From assembly GCF_001677475.2 (NCBI RefSeq), contig NZ_CP015229.1: a DNA stretch of 64,000 bases; one strand, written 5' to 3'. Positions 34,275-43,707 of the stretch are shown piece by piece. The translations under genes were made by a program, and so were the position numbers. This stretch comes from Escherichia coli (GTDB lineage: Bacteria > Pseudomonadota > Gammaproteobacteria > Enterobacterales > Enterobacteriaceae). The notes below the pieces were generated by a model, which worked only from the letters and a program-made list of their open reading frames with translations, had not been told where the DNA came from and did no database searches. Positions within the stretch are counted from its first letter, which is position 1. Every line of letters begins with the position of its first letter.

Positions 34275-34676
34275 ATGGGGGCTATTTATACCGAAGAACA
34301 GCGGGAAAGGTTACAGCGTCACATCGTTGACCTTGTACGTAAAAACGGGCGTATGACAATGCCACAACTGGCATCGGCAACATATGCTTCACATGATTCC
34401 ATTCGCCGGTACCTGAAGATGCTGGTGAGCCAGGGCGAAGTGTATGTTGTCAGCGGAAAAGGGGTATTCCTTTCAGAGAGAGTTTACCGTGAATGGCTGG
34501 CAAGTTCGGCAAAAAAATCAAGGGTTATCCGCAAACCAGCACAAAAACAGGGTAAGGCCGGAGTACAACCCTACGACCGGCACCAGAACGTAATTTGCCG
34601 GGAATGTCGTAACAGCGAATCAATGCAGCGGGTACTGGCTTTTTACAGGGGTGGATTTCAGGAGCTCGTATCGTGA
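34275..34676 (+). CDS. Hypothetical protein
   Basis: 133-aa ORF. Confidence 0.4.
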   Translation: MGAIYTEEQRERLQRHIVDLVRKNGRMTMPQLASATYASHDSIRRYLKMLVSQGEVYVVSGKGVFLSERVYREWLASSAKKSRVIRKPAQKQGKAGVQPYDRHQNVICRECRNSESMQRVLAFYRGGFQELVS

Positions 34677-34981
34677 AAAAGTGGGTGCGTGCCGAGATAC
34701 TGATTCTACGGCAGTGTGCGGGAACAATGACGGTGGAATGCATCGGGATGCTTATTGGTCGTAGTGAGGCTGCGGTCAGAACGAAAGCGCGGGAACTGGG
34801 TATTAGTATGATGTTACGGGGTGATTATCACCAGTCAGCAAAATATCCGCAGAGTGATATTGAGCTGGCGCGACAGCTGCATCAGCGTGGCGTGTCCAGG
34901 AGAGAAATCGCCAGAAAATTTGGAATGCCGCTGCGCACAGTGAATAACTACGTTTATTTCGACAGGAGGGTGTCTGCGTGA
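34673..34981 (+). CDS. Hypothetical HTH protein
   Basis: 102-aa ORF, overlapping stop/start. Confidence 0.4.
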   Translation: MKKWVRAEILILRQCAGTMTVECIGMLIGRSEAAVRTKARELGISMMLRGDYHQSAKYPQSDIELARQLHQRGVSRREIARKFGMPLRTVNNYVYFDRRVSA

Positions 34982-35223
34982 AAATCCTGTATCAGGATTA
35001 CGGCCCGGTGGGACAGGTGGTTATCAGCAGTACTGTAATGGAGTTCCGGAAGCATAACCGTGTGGTGGATGCAGTGCTGTTAGCCTGTCCGGGGATATCG
35101 GCGAGCCGTGCAGGTGTGTTTTTTATGAAGACGAAGTTATATGGCAGTACAGCGTGGATAAAGAAGGCGTACCGGGTAGCGTTGCAGGAGGTAAACAGTG
35201 AGCGAATCGGCAACCATTCTTGA
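34978..35223 (+). CDS. Hypothetical protein
   Basis: 81-aa ORF. Confidence 0.35.
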   Translation: MKILYQDYGPVGQVVISSTVMEFRKHNRVVDAVLLACPGISASRAGVFFMKTKLYGSTAWIKKAYRVALQEVNSERIGNHS

Positions 35224-35686
35224 TATGTCCTGTGGCAGTCGTATGTTCTGGTTCGATAAGAATGACGACCGGGCGATATTTAGCGATATCAGAAAAGAAG
35301 AGCACACATTATGTGATGGACGACGCCTGATAATTAGCCCTGACCTGATAGCAGATTTTCGTGCATTACCATTTGCAGACGCATCGTTTCCGGTTGTTGT
35401 ATTCGACCCTCCGCATCTTGAGCGTGTTGGTGATAACGCCTGGATGGGAAAGAAATATGGACGGCTGAATAAAGATACCTGGCGTGATGATTTGCGGCAG
35501 GGATTTAAAGAAGCCTTTCGTGTGTTGTGGCCACACGGTGTTCTGATTTTTAAATGGAATGAAACGCAAATACCTGTCCGCCAGATATTGGCACTAACCG
35601 ACGCGAAACCAATCATCAGCCAGCGCACCGGTAAGAACGATAAAACACATTGGATTATTTTTGTGAAGGAAGCGACCAGTGGGTAA
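35198..35686 (+). CDS. Small orphan DNA methyltransferase (DPPH motif)
   Basis: 162 aa; VVVFDPPHLER motif IV-like; no adjacent restriction gene. Confidence 0.55.
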   Translation: MSESATILDMSCGSRMFWFDKNDDRAIFSDIRKEEHTLCDGRRLIISPDLIADFRALPFADASFPVVVFDPPHLERVGDNAWMGKKYGRLNKDTWRDDLRQGFKEAFRVLWPHGVLIFKWNETQIPVRQILALTDAKPIISQRTGKNDKTHWIIFVKEATSG

Positions 35687-35933
35687 ATCAAAATGCCAGG
35701 TTTATGGCAACAAGATAGAACCGAGTACGGCACTGGCAAACTCCCTTGAGCATGATGCTGAATACACGACGCGAAAAGGTCTGCTGATATACAAAATCTG
35801 GAATGAGAGTTTAACTCGCGACCCTGATTTGGTGATGTTGCGTTCCGGTGAATTTTCTAAATCACCAGTGCGGGTTTCATTTTGTCCGTTCTGTGGTGAA
35901 AGTCTGAAAACGTGGGAGAACAGAAATGAATGA
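35679..35933 (+). CDS. Hypothetical protein (CxxC)
   Basis: 84-aa ORF. Confidence 0.35.
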   Translation: MGKSKCQVYGNKIEPSTALANSLEHDAEYTTRKGLLIYKIWNESLTRDPDLVMLRSGEFSKSPVRVSFCPFCGESLKTWENRNE

Positions 35934-36237
35934 AATTAAAGAAATACCAGTAGTACGTGATGAATATGGCTGCTGGACGCATCCTGAATATGAAAAATTC
36001 TGTGATGGTAGAGAACATATTTCAACGGAAGAGTTTAACGCCTGGATGGAGGAAAATAATCTTCAATGGACCATCAGAACTATGGATGAAGATGATTTTA
36101 ATCTGGACGCAGATGGTCCCGATATTGCCTCCTGGAAACCGGAGCGCCCGGAAGGTGAAGGCTGGTTCATTGGTTCAATTCATGACACTGAAGATGGTCC
36201 GGTTTGTGTATGGCTGAGAAATAAGGTTGAAGCATAA
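35926..36237 (+). CDS. Hypothetical acidic protein
   Basis: 103-aa ORF. Confidence 0.35.
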   Translation: MNEIKEIPVVRDEYGCWTHPEYEKFCDGREHISTEEFNAWMEENNLQWTIRTMDEDDFNLDADGPDIASWKPERPEGEGWFIGSIHDTEDGPVCVWLRNKVEA

Positions 36238-36368
36238 AGGCGATAAACCACCTGACAACAAAACACTGAAAAATTTAAATCAGAAGTGAATTTTATTAAA
36301 TCCTTAACCGGAGGGATTCCTGCACTCTCAGAACATCAGGAGACCGCCCGAAAGGGCGGTAATGAAAA

Positions 36369-36836
36369 ATGGCTGAATTAACCAAATGGCTACAAAACAC
36401 GATTACCGGAATTGAAACGGTAGTAGACGATAAATCGTTTGTATGTGATGAAATAGTATTCAAAATCGATGTGGTTAAAAACGTACTTACCGCATTTAAA
36501 GTCGCGCTGGCATCGCTGGAAGCCGAACCGGTGACATGGCGATATCGCTACGTGAGAAAAGGCGTTACGAACTTTCAGGAGAAGCCGTGGGTTGGTGACT
36601 GGAAATATGTACCGACAAAAGAGGATTGCAACGACAGACCGAACTATGAAATTCAGGCGTTATTCACGGCCCAGCCTGTGCCACTGACACCCGAAGGATT
36701 GATTAAAGCGGTGCGCTTCTATGAACAGGTTAAGAGTGAAAATCCGCCAGTCGAAACCGGAGCATGGAAAGACGCTGTTGACTGGGTGCTCAAAGAGGCT
36801 TGTCAGGCTGTAAACATTGGCATCAAAGGAGAGTGA
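36369..36836 (+). CDS. Hypothetical protein
   Basis: 155-aa ORF; N-terminal WLQNTIT motif shared with ORF 37032. Confidence 0.4.
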   Translation: MAELTKWLQNTITGIETVVDDKSFVCDEIVFKIDVVKNVLTAFKVALASLEAEPVTWRYRYVRKGVTNFQEKPWVGDWKYVPTKEDCNDRPNYEIQALFTAQPVPLTPEGLIKAVRFYEQVKSENPPVETGAWKDAVDWVLKEACQAVNIGIKGE

Positions 36837-36837
36837 G

Positions 36838-37029
36838 ATGAACGGACAAATATCAATTGTTCGACCGGGAGCATGTGACGATCGCGAGATACGAATGATT
36901 ATTCGTCTGGCGATGGGGAAAACAATAACTGCTCTCATTACTCCTGAAAATCTCGCATTAGCATTAACAGGAAAGTCAGACCTGCCAATAGAGCTAAAGC
37001 TGCGAAATGTTGAGATTAAGGTGAAATAG
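36838..37029 (+). CDS. Hypothetical small protein
   Basis: ORF 36817-37029, start at MNGQISIV. Confidence 0.3.
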   Translation: MNGQISIVRPGACDDREIRMIIRLAMGKTITALITPENLALALTGKSDLPIELKLRNVEIKVK

Positions 37030-37031
37030 TT

Positions 37032-37244
37032 ATGAATACTCTTACCAAAGAATGGTTACAGAACACGATTACCAGCATTGAGTCAGCACGGGATGAAATA
37101 CCATTCGGACTCGATGAAGATCAAAGCAACATGCTTACCGCATTTACATTCCGGCGAGGAGAAGCAACGATTAAGCCGGGTAATGGTATTGAGCAGGCAA
37201 CTCACAGGATGAAATTACCGGAACCGCCGCAGGAGGTGAACTGA
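37032..37244 (+). CDS. Hypothetical protein
   Basis: 70-aa ORF; N-terminus paralogous to ORF 36369. Confidence 0.35.
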   Translation: MNTLTKEWLQNTITSIESARDEIPFGLDEDQSNMLTAFTFRRGEATIKPGNGIEQATHRMKLPEPPQEVN

Positions 37245-37639
37245 TGAAAGATGAAGTCGACAATGTTATCACCCTGGTACAGCCAAAATCAGAGGAGGAA
37301 GGACTCCTCAACGTTGTGATAACCGACAGAAAAAGCGGCGAGCAAAAATGCTGTCAGCATATCCGTACAACAATTTCAGAAGTGAATCGTACGATTACCT
37401 GCAACCGGTGTGGATTAGCTTTAGAGCCATTCGAGTTTATTCTCGATCGTGCGAGAAACGGTGAAAACATCGTGTCTGAGATTAAATCACTCTATGCAAA
37501 GCGGGATGCTCTTCGTGAAGCTGTGGCAAAACTTGAACGTGAAGAGAAAAACGCCAAAGCCCGGTTACGAGCAGCCAGGACAGCAATACTGTATGCGGAA
37601 AATGACCTTAAAAATATTGAGCAGGAGGTGAATCGATGA
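37244..37639 (+). CDS. Hypothetical protein with CxxC zinc motif and coiled coil
   Basis: 131-aa ORF. Confidence 0.4.
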   Translation: MKDEVDNVITLVQPKSEEEGLLNVVITDRKSGEQKCCQHIRTTISEVNRTITCNRCGLALEPFEFILDRARNGENIVSEIKSLYAKRDALREAVAKLEREEKNAKARLRAARTAILYAENDLKNIEQEVNR

Positions 37640-37719
37640 CCTGGCCTGAGGCATTCACCACGGTAGGAATTGCGATGGCGGTGGCGCTGGTGGTGTATTC
37701 GATTTGCCGCTGGGGATAA
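37636..37719 (+). CDS. Possible 27-aa hydrophobic peptide
   Basis: MTWPEAFTTVGIAMAVALVVYSICRWG, ATGA overlap with upstream gene. Confidence 0.25.
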   Translation: MTWPEAFTTVGIAMAVALVVYSICRWG

Positions 37720-37843
37720 ATCGCCGAAAAAAGATCCCGACACAAACATGAGCCGGGATCTTTGATTTATATAGCCTACGAATCCGCCAGTAAGAGAGGG
37801 GGCGGATGGTTTATTCTACCACCGGAATGATGTGGGTAAAAAT

Positions 37844-38143
37844 TTATAAGAAATCGGTTTCATAACTTTGCCCACCATGATAGATACCGACAATAAAGAC
37901 TTTTCTGCCATCAACGGCAAAAGCAATAATCGTTCTGTGGCGGAAATGAGTTACCCGCATCCCCTGGCGAATATCATCGCGTTTATTGCCCCGATGCGGG
38001 AATGTAGAAAACCCATCAAGATAATCAAGAAGCGCATTGGCATAATTGTCAGCAATGACGTTCCCTGCTTTCTCCGTTATATATCTGTGCAGGTTGATTA
38101 TTTGTTGTTCGGCCTCAGGAGTAATGATGACTTCATATGTCAT
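37844..38143 (-). CDS. ParE/RelE-family toxin
   Basis: 99 aa; paired with upstream ParD-like gene. Confidence 0.65.
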   Translation of the reverse strand: MTYEVIITPEAEQQIINLHRYITEKAGNVIADNYANALLDYLDGFSTFPHRGNKRDDIRQGMRVTHFRHRTIIAFAVDGRKVFIVGIYHGGQSYETDFL

Positions 38144-38148
38144 GCAGA

Positions 38149-38406
38149 TTACTTCCCGGATCGAATCGCGGCGCGAACCTGTGAAATGGAGCGTCCGTTG
38201 TTTGGATTTTCGCGGATAGAATCAAGAGAGGGGGCGGCTGAATGCGTTAACCACGCTTCGATTGCTTTATCGCGCTCATTCAGTGCGCGAAGCCCTTCAC
38301 GAATGACCTCGCTTTCTGAAGCATAGGCACCGGAAGCCACACGGGCGCGCACCATGTCAGCCATCTCGTTAGTTAATGTAATGCTGAATTGTTGGGTTGT
38401 ACGCAT
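38149..38406 (-). CDS. ParD-like ribbon-helix-helix antitoxin
   Basis: From MRTTQQFSITLTNEMADMVRARVASGAYASESEVIREGLRAL. Confidence 0.65.
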   Translation of the reverse strand: MRTTQQFSITLTNEMADMVRARVASGAYASESEVIREGLRALNERDKAIEAWLTHSAAPSLDSIRENPNNGRSISQVRAAIRSGK

Positions 38407-38487
38407 GGTAAACCTCACGGAGTAGGATAGAACACCATTCGATGATAGCACGTTGCCTGTTGACGACAACAGAAATCAGAGACAATA

Positions 38488-38820
38488 TTGCCGCACGCCA
38501 GCCTGAACAACTGGCACCTGCTGCGCCAGCAGAGACAACCGATGGCGCACGATACCAAATTACACAATTCTGATGATTCTGCCGTCTTTGCCAGCAGGCA
38601 CGGGCGGCGTTCCTGCACTTTCAAATCTGACTGGTTCCAGCATGACCCATGCACTGAAGAACAGGCCGAGTGGCTGATTCAGTGCTACCGCAGACACGGA
38701 TACGAGATTAAGAAAGCCCTCAGCCTCGATTATCGTCACTGGATAATCTCCGTCAGGCTTCCTTACTCTGAACGCCCACCACGTCCATCCCGCACATTCC
38801 AGCAACGCATCTGGAGGTAA
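38488..38820 (+). CDS. Hypothetical protein
   Basis: 110-aa ORF. Confidence 0.35.
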   Translation: MPHASLNNWHLLRQQRQPMAHDTKLHNSDDSAVFASRHGRRSCTFKSDWFQHDPCTEEQAEWLIQCYRRHGYEIKKALSLDYRHWIISVRLPYSERPPRPSRTFQQRIWR

Positions 38821-38821
38821 C

Positions 38822-39880
38822 ATGCGGGTATTGCTTCGACCTGTTCTGGTACCGGAACTCGGACTGGTTATCGTTAAGCCAGGCCGTGAATCCATGCAGG
38901 TATTCCATAACGGCAGAGTACTGGTGGAACCGGAACCGAAAAGTATGCGCGGTCTGCCGTCCGGAGTCGTTCCTGCCGTTCGCCAGCCGCTGGAGGAGGA
39001 TAAATCATTACTGCCGTTTTTCAGTAACGCACGGGTGATTCGTGCTGCTGGTGGTGCTGGTGCATTGTCTGACTGGCTGTTGCGCCATATTAAATCCTGC
39101 CAGTGGCCACACGGCGATTATCACCACAGTGAAACCGTCATTCACCGTTATGGCGCTGGCGCGATGGTGTTGTGCTGGCACTGCGACAACCAGTTGCGTG
39201 ACCAGACAGCCGAATCACTCGAGCAACTTGCTCATCAAAACCTGTCAGCATGGATGATTGACGTCATCCGTCACGCAATGAATGGCACACAGGAGCGGGA
39301 ATTATCGCTGGCTGAATTATCCTGGTGGGCAGTCTGCAATCAGGTGGCGGACGCGCTACCGGAGACAGTATTACGTCGTTCTCTGAGGTTACGTGCGGAA
39401 AAAATCCGCTCGGTGTATCGCGAAAGCGACATCGTACCGGGAGAGCAGACCGCCACCAGCATACTAAAGCAGCGCACAAAAAATCTTGCGCCGTTGCCTC
39501 ACTCTCATCAGCAACAGAACCCGCCACAGGAAAAGACGGTGGTCAGCATTGCCGTTGATCCGGAGTCACCGGCTCAGTATCTCCAGCGCCAGAAACCACA
39601 ACGGGAAGAGATGCCCGTATACACGCGCTGGGTAAAAACGCAGAAATGCATGACGTGCGGTAATCAGGCAGATGATCCGCATCACATCATTGGTCATGGA
39701 CTGGGAGGGATGGGAACAAAGGCTGATGATTTGTTTGTTATTCCGCTGTGCCGTAAATGTCATAACGAACTGCACGCCGGGGTAAAAGATTTTGAAGAAA
39801 AACACGGCAGCCAGCTGTTGTTGCTGATTCGTTTTTTAATGCACGCGAGAAATTCGGGTGTCCTGAAGTGGAAAGCATGA
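38822..39880 (+). CDS. YdfU-like (DUF968-type) protein with C-terminal Cys/His zinc motif
   Basis: 352 aa; CMTCGN...HHIIGHG...CRKCHNELH. Confidence 0.5.
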   Translation: MRVLLRPVLVPELGLVIVKPGRESMQVFHNGRVLVEPEPKSMRGLPSGVVPAVRQPLEEDKSLLPFFSNARVIRAAGGAGALSDWLLRHIKSCQWPHGDYHHSETVIHRYGAGAMVLCWHCDNQLRDQTAESLEQLAHQNLSAWMIDVIRHAMNGTQERELSLAELSWWAVCNQVADALPETVLRRSLRLRAEKIRSVYRESDIVPGEQTATSILKQRTKNLAPLPHSHQQQNPPQEKTVVSIAVDPESPAQYLQRQKPQREEMPVYTRWVKTQKCMTCGNQADDPHHIIGHGLGGMGTKADDLFVIPLCRKCHNELHAGVKDFEEKHGSQLLLLIRFLMHARNSGVLKWKA

Positions 39881-40261
39881 ATGACTGAACGCATAGAATT
39901 TGTTTTGCCTTACCCGCCGACGGTAAACACCTACTGGAGACGTCATGGCAATACGTATTTCATCTCGGAAGTCGGAAAGCGTTATCGCCGTGATGTGGCT
40001 CTAATTGTTCGCCAGCAGCGACTGAAATTAAACCTGTCCGGAAGGCTGGCGATAAAGATTATTGCAGAGCCACCGGATAAGCGCCGTCGTGACCTGGACA
40101 ATATCCTGAAAGCACCGCTGGATGCGTTGACGCATGCGGGACTGCTTATCGACGACGAGCAGTTTGATGAAATCAATATTGTGCGCGGTCAGCTTGTTCC
40201 TGGTGGTCGGCTGGGCGTGAAGATTGACGAAATAATGCATGACGGGCAGGTCCAAAAATGA
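39881..40261 (+). CDS. rusA: Holliday junction resolvase RusA
   Basis: 126 aa; PPTVNTYWRRHGN...RRRDLDNILKAPLDALTHAGLLIDDEQ. Confidence 0.85.
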   Translation: MTERIEFVLPYPPTVNTYWRRHGNTYFISEVGKRYRRDVALIVRQQRLKLNLSGRLAIKIIAEPPDKRRRDLDNILKAPLDALTHAGLLIDDEQFDEINIVRGQLVPGGRLGVKIDEIMHDGQVQK

Positions 40262-41079
40262 AACTGGAAGATTTACCGAAATACTATTCCCCAAAATCGC
40301 CAGGCCTGACTGATGCATCCGCCTCGACGTCAAAAGATGCGCTGAGTATCACTGATGTGATGGCTGCGCAGGGTATGACACAGAACCGGGCTGAGATGGG
40401 ATTTTCTGCGTTCCTGGGGAAAATGGGCATTAGTATGAATGACAGGGCGCGGGCAACAGAATTACTGGCAGATTATGCATTAAGTCAGTGCGGTCGTGTG
40501 GCTGCGTTAAGAAAACTTCCGGCAGAGATAAAACCGGCAGTGATGCGCATTATGGCTTCGTACGCTTTTGAGGATTATGCCCGCAGCGCAGCGAGTAAAA
40601 AGCAATGCCCTTGTTGCCGAGGGGAAAAATTTATTGAAAGCGAGGTTTTTACAAACAAGGTTCAGTATCCGGATGGTAAGCCGCCAGTATGGGCAAAGTG
40701 TACAAAAGGCGTGTATCCGTCTTACTGGGAAGAATGGAAAAAAATCCGGGAGGTGGTGAAGGTTTCCTGTCCTGAATGTAAAGGGAAGGGAGAGATTTCG
40801 ACCGCCTGTAAAGACTGCCGTGGGCGTGGTGTAGCCATTCATCGTGAAGAGTCAGAAAAACGGGGTATGCCTGTTATCAGGGACTGCCAGCGTTGTGGCG
40901 GTCGTGGCTATGAAAGACAGCCGTCGACGGAGGCATTTAATGCCATATGTGAGGTGACAAATCAAATAACACGCGCGTCATGGGAAAAAACGGTTAAGCA
41001 ATTCTATGACACTCTGGTGGTTCGGTTTGACATTGAAGAGGCATGGGCGGAGCGGCAGTTAAAAAAGGTAACCAGATAA
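40258..41079 (+). CDS. Putative late-gene antiterminator (Q-like) with zinc-finger cysteines
   Basis: 273 aa; position after rusA and before tR'-like terminator and lysis genes. Confidence 0.5.
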   Translation: MKLEDLPKYYSPKSPGLTDASASTSKDALSITDVMAAQGMTQNRAEMGFSAFLGKMGISMNDRARATELLADYALSQCGRVAALRKLPAEIKPAVMRIMASYAFEDYARSAASKKQCPCCRGEKFIESEVFTNKVQYPDGKPPVWAKCTKGVYPSYWEEWKKIREVVKVSCPECKGKGEISTACKDCRGRGVAIHREESEKRGMPVIRDCQRCGGRGYERQPSTEAFNAICEVTNQITRASWEKTVKQFYDTLVVRFDIEEAWAERQLKKVTR

Positions 41080-41084
41080 CAAGG

Positions 41085-41186
41085 TTGATTTTTCCGGAAT
41101 CTGTGGTAAATTTTCCCTAACGATGGGCGTTTTATGCCTGACGTTAGGATGATTTTTACAACCCGCCGTTGAGCGGGTTTTTTATT
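41085..41186 (+). promoter_or_regulatory. Candidate late promoter with tR'-like terminator
   Basis: TTGATT-N17-TAAATT-like promoter, then hairpin aacccgccgttgagcgggtttttta ~60 nt downstream. Confidence 0.4.
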
Positions 41187-41305
41187 GCCCGAAAAACGGT
41201 ACAGGACGTTAAACGCCCTGGTGGTTATGAATACAGTCTTTCAGCTTGCTGGCTTTTTCGACAAGAGTTATTGGTGTGTCACGTTAACCAGAAAAGGGAA
41301 AAGGC

Positions 41306-41503
41306 ATGCTAAAACAGCAGGATATGACCGAAACCGCCAGAGCCGTGTTTAATGAATTAAGCGTCACCGAACCGGCGACAGTCGGGGAGATTGCTCAGAA
41401 TACTTACCTTTCACGCGAACGCTGTCAGTTAATACTGACCCAGCTTGTTATGGCGGGTCTGGCAGATTATCAGTTCGGTTGTTACAGACGCCTTCCGCAG
41501 TGA
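41306..41503 (+). CDS. Hypothetical small protein
   Basis: 65-aa ORF. Confidence 0.35.
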   Translation: MLKQQDMTETARAVFNELSVTEPATVGEIAQNTYLSRERCQLILTQLVMAGLADYQFGCYRRLPQ

Positions 41504-41639
41504 AGGCTTTTTTATTTGTGGTAATGGGCGGCTGGTGGGTGTTAGCGGCACCTGTCAGTCATGCTCTTATGTGTTGATGAGAATTTACCTTTTGGGGCTA
41601 TAATTGAGCCAACCAATTGCTAATTAAAGTAAAATTATA

Positions 41640-42353
41640 ATGGCTGTTGTCTGTTCAGTTATCATGGTTTGCTCCCCAATTAATATTTTTCTTGAAAAGG
41701 ATAAGTTGTCACTTAAGCCCGGCTCAGTCGTTCTGGCCACCAAATGCATCAGGGAGCTGTTCCTTATGCATTATGGCAAAGTTAAAATTGTCGATATAAA
41801 CCATTCCATAGTAAGTCAATATCTGGAAAGTCAGCATAAGCTGACGAGGACTCGTCTGACTGACATTCCGCTTTACCTGTTCCTGGAACCCAACAATCCT
41901 GCGTTGGCTGCGGCTTTAATTACCAGCCAGAGATTTTACGGAGATACCACGGATATGTTTCTTATGATGGCCTGCCTGTCGCTGTTTGAATCAGATGAAC
42001 GGATGTCATTATTTTTAAGTGGATGTTTATCCAGTATAAGTGCCAAAGTCAGAGCGATAATTCAAACAGATATATCTGCAAACTGGATGCTCGGTGCGAT
42101 TGCGTTACGCCTGCATATGAGTGAGAGTTTGTTAAAGATAAAACTGAAAAATGAAGGGCATATGTTCAGTCGCTTGTTGCTGGAAGAGCGGATGCGGGTT
42201 GCTGTAAATATGTTATGTTCCCGGGATGGGTATGGACAGACAGTGGCAGAAAAATGCGGTTATTCAAGTAGGTCCTATTTTATCTCTGTATTTCACCGCT
42301 ATTATGGCTTCCCGCCAGACAGATATGTATCTATGCAAGGGCTTGATTTTTGA
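41640..42353 (+). CDS. AraC-family transcriptional regulator (prophage cargo)
   Basis: C-terminal AraC HTH (...GYSSRSYFISVFHRYYGFPPDRY); AT-rich; start may be internal Met. Confidence 0.6.
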   Translation: MAVVCSVIMVCSPINIFLEKDKLSLKPGSVVLATKCIRELFLMHYGKVKIVDINHSIVSQYLESQHKLTRTRLTDIPLYLFLEPNNPALAAALITSQRFYGDTTDMFLMMACLSLFESDERMSLFLSGCLSSISAKVRAIIQTDISANWMLGAIALRLHMSESLLKIKLKNEGHMFSRLLLEERMRVAVNMLCSRDGYGQTVAEKCGYSSRSYFISVFHRYYGFPPDRYVSMQGLDF

Positions 42354-42379
42354 TTTCATCTGATTATTATTTTCGGCCC

Positions 42380-42455
42380 GGCCCTTTAGCTCAGTGGTGA
42401 GAGCGAGCGACTCATAATCGCCAGGTCGCTGGTTCAAATCCAGCAAGGGCCACCA
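42380..42455 (+). tRNA. tRNA with CAT anticodon (Met or Ile2-lysidine; ileZ-like)
   Basis: 76 nt cloverleaf, anticodon loop CTCATAA, terminal CCA. Confidence 0.8.
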
Positions 42456-42460
42456 CCTTA

Positions 42461-42541
42461 CCGCCATTAGCTCATCGGGAAGAGCAAATGACATGATAAC
42501 AGGGTTGTTGGTGCGGGGTTCGAGTCCTCGATGGCGGTCCA
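42461..42541 (+). tRNA. tRNA-like sequence (argN-like; non-canonical anticodon arm)
   Basis: Acceptor stem CCGCCAT/ATGGCGG, D-arm and T-arm (GGTTCGAGTCC) present, terminal CCA; anticodon stem does not fold canonically. Confidence 0.5.
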
Positions 42542-42554
42542 TTATCTGCATCAT

Positions 42555-42631
42555 GCGTTGTTAGCTCAGTCGGACAGAGCAATTGCCTTCTAAGCAATCG
42601 GTCACTGGTTCGAATCCAGTACAACGCGCCA
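42555..42631 (+). tRNA. tRNA-Arg (anticodon TCT; argO-like)
   Basis: 77 nt, anticodon loop CTTCTAA, GGTTCGAATCC T-loop, terminal CCA. Confidence 0.8.
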
Positions 42632-42804
42632 TACTTATTTTCCTGGCTCGCTTTTGCGGGCCTTTTTTGTATCCGCGCCACGCCCGGCGCATATCAAAAA
42701 CCACAGAGCCTTTCAGGGGTGAGCTTACGGGATGGTCAGTGTGACTTTCTCTGTGGGCTGGTCACCCCCGGGCGCAGGCTCACCCACTAAAAGGAAAAGT
42801 CACG

Positions 42805-43230
42805 ATGTTTGGTATTTTTAAAAAGAAAACCCGCAAGGCCATTACCGAAGTGAAGAAGATGGAGAACCGCGACGCAGTGGAGGCGACCGTCTGGGGTGCG
42901 TATTCCATTGCATACGCTGACGGCACCTGTGACGCGAAAGAAATCGCAGTGCTGGAGAAAACCATTGCAGCACTTCCTGCCTTTGCGCCGTTCTCCGGTG
43001 AGATTGCACAAATGAGTGCAAATATCCGCGCCCGTTATGAAGCGTCACCGCGTTCTGCCAATGCCGAAGCCCTTCGTCAGCTGGCTGATGTTGCCGGTAC
43101 TGATGATGCAGTTAATGTGCTGTGCCTGTGTCTGGATATCGCTGACCAGGACGGCATTGGCCCGGATGAAGAAGCGCAGCTCAAGAAAATTGCTCAGGCG
43201 CTGCAGTTGCCGCTGGAGCAGTACCTGTGA
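42805..43230 (+). CDS. TerB-like domain protein
   Basis: 141-aa acidic helical protein between tRNA cluster and holin; family assignment is tentative. Confidence 0.4.
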   Translation: MFGIFKKKTRKAITEVKKMENRDAVEATVWGAYSIAYADGTCDAKEIAVLEKTIAALPAFAPFSGEIAQMSANIRARYEASPRSANAEALRQLADVAGTDDAVNVLCLCLDIADQDGIGPDEEAQLKKIAQALQLPLEQYL

Positions 43231-43491
43231 AAAGTGCGCGCCTTGTGCTGGCTGCCATCCTGCTGTTTCTGGTAGTGGTGGTGGATTTTACCGGACGGCT
43301 GATGTCGGTACTGGCAGATGGTGTGCTGGTGGTGATGGTGCTGGTCGTGCTCCGGCCTTTACTGCGCAAATCTGAATAACACCACGCAAAAGGCATCTGC
43401 GGGTGCCTTTGATTGGGTGTTGTTTTTACGGGCCGCTGGTGGCCTTTTTTTGTTTCCATTACACAACGCCCGCATCTGCGAGGTGGGGGTT

Positions 43492-43707
43492 ATGAAATCC
43501 ATGGACAAAATTTCAACGGGCATTGCCTATGGCACCTCCGCAGGCAGTGCTGGCTACTGGTTTTTACAGTGGCTTGATCAGGTCAGTCCGTCACAGTGGG
43601 CTGCGATTGGTGTATTGGGGAGTCTGGTTCTGGGCTTCCTGACTTATCTGACAAATCTGTACTTCAAAATCAGAGAAGACAGAAGAAAGGCTGCGAGAGG
43701 TGAATAA
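43492..43707 (+). CDS. Pinholin (phage 21 S-like) with dual-start motif
   Basis: [29 protein letters not shown]...; two Met codons three residues apart. Confidence 0.8.
   Translation: MKSMDKISTGIAYGTSAGSAGYWFLQWLDQVSPSQWAAIGVLGSLVLGFLTYLTNLYFKIREDRRKAARGE

Noticed and set aside
41085-43230. Shiga toxin genes at the Q/tRNA hotspot
   Set aside because: No StxA- or StxB-like ORF between the tRNA cluster and the holin; only a TerB-like ORF and a small hydrophobic ORF are present
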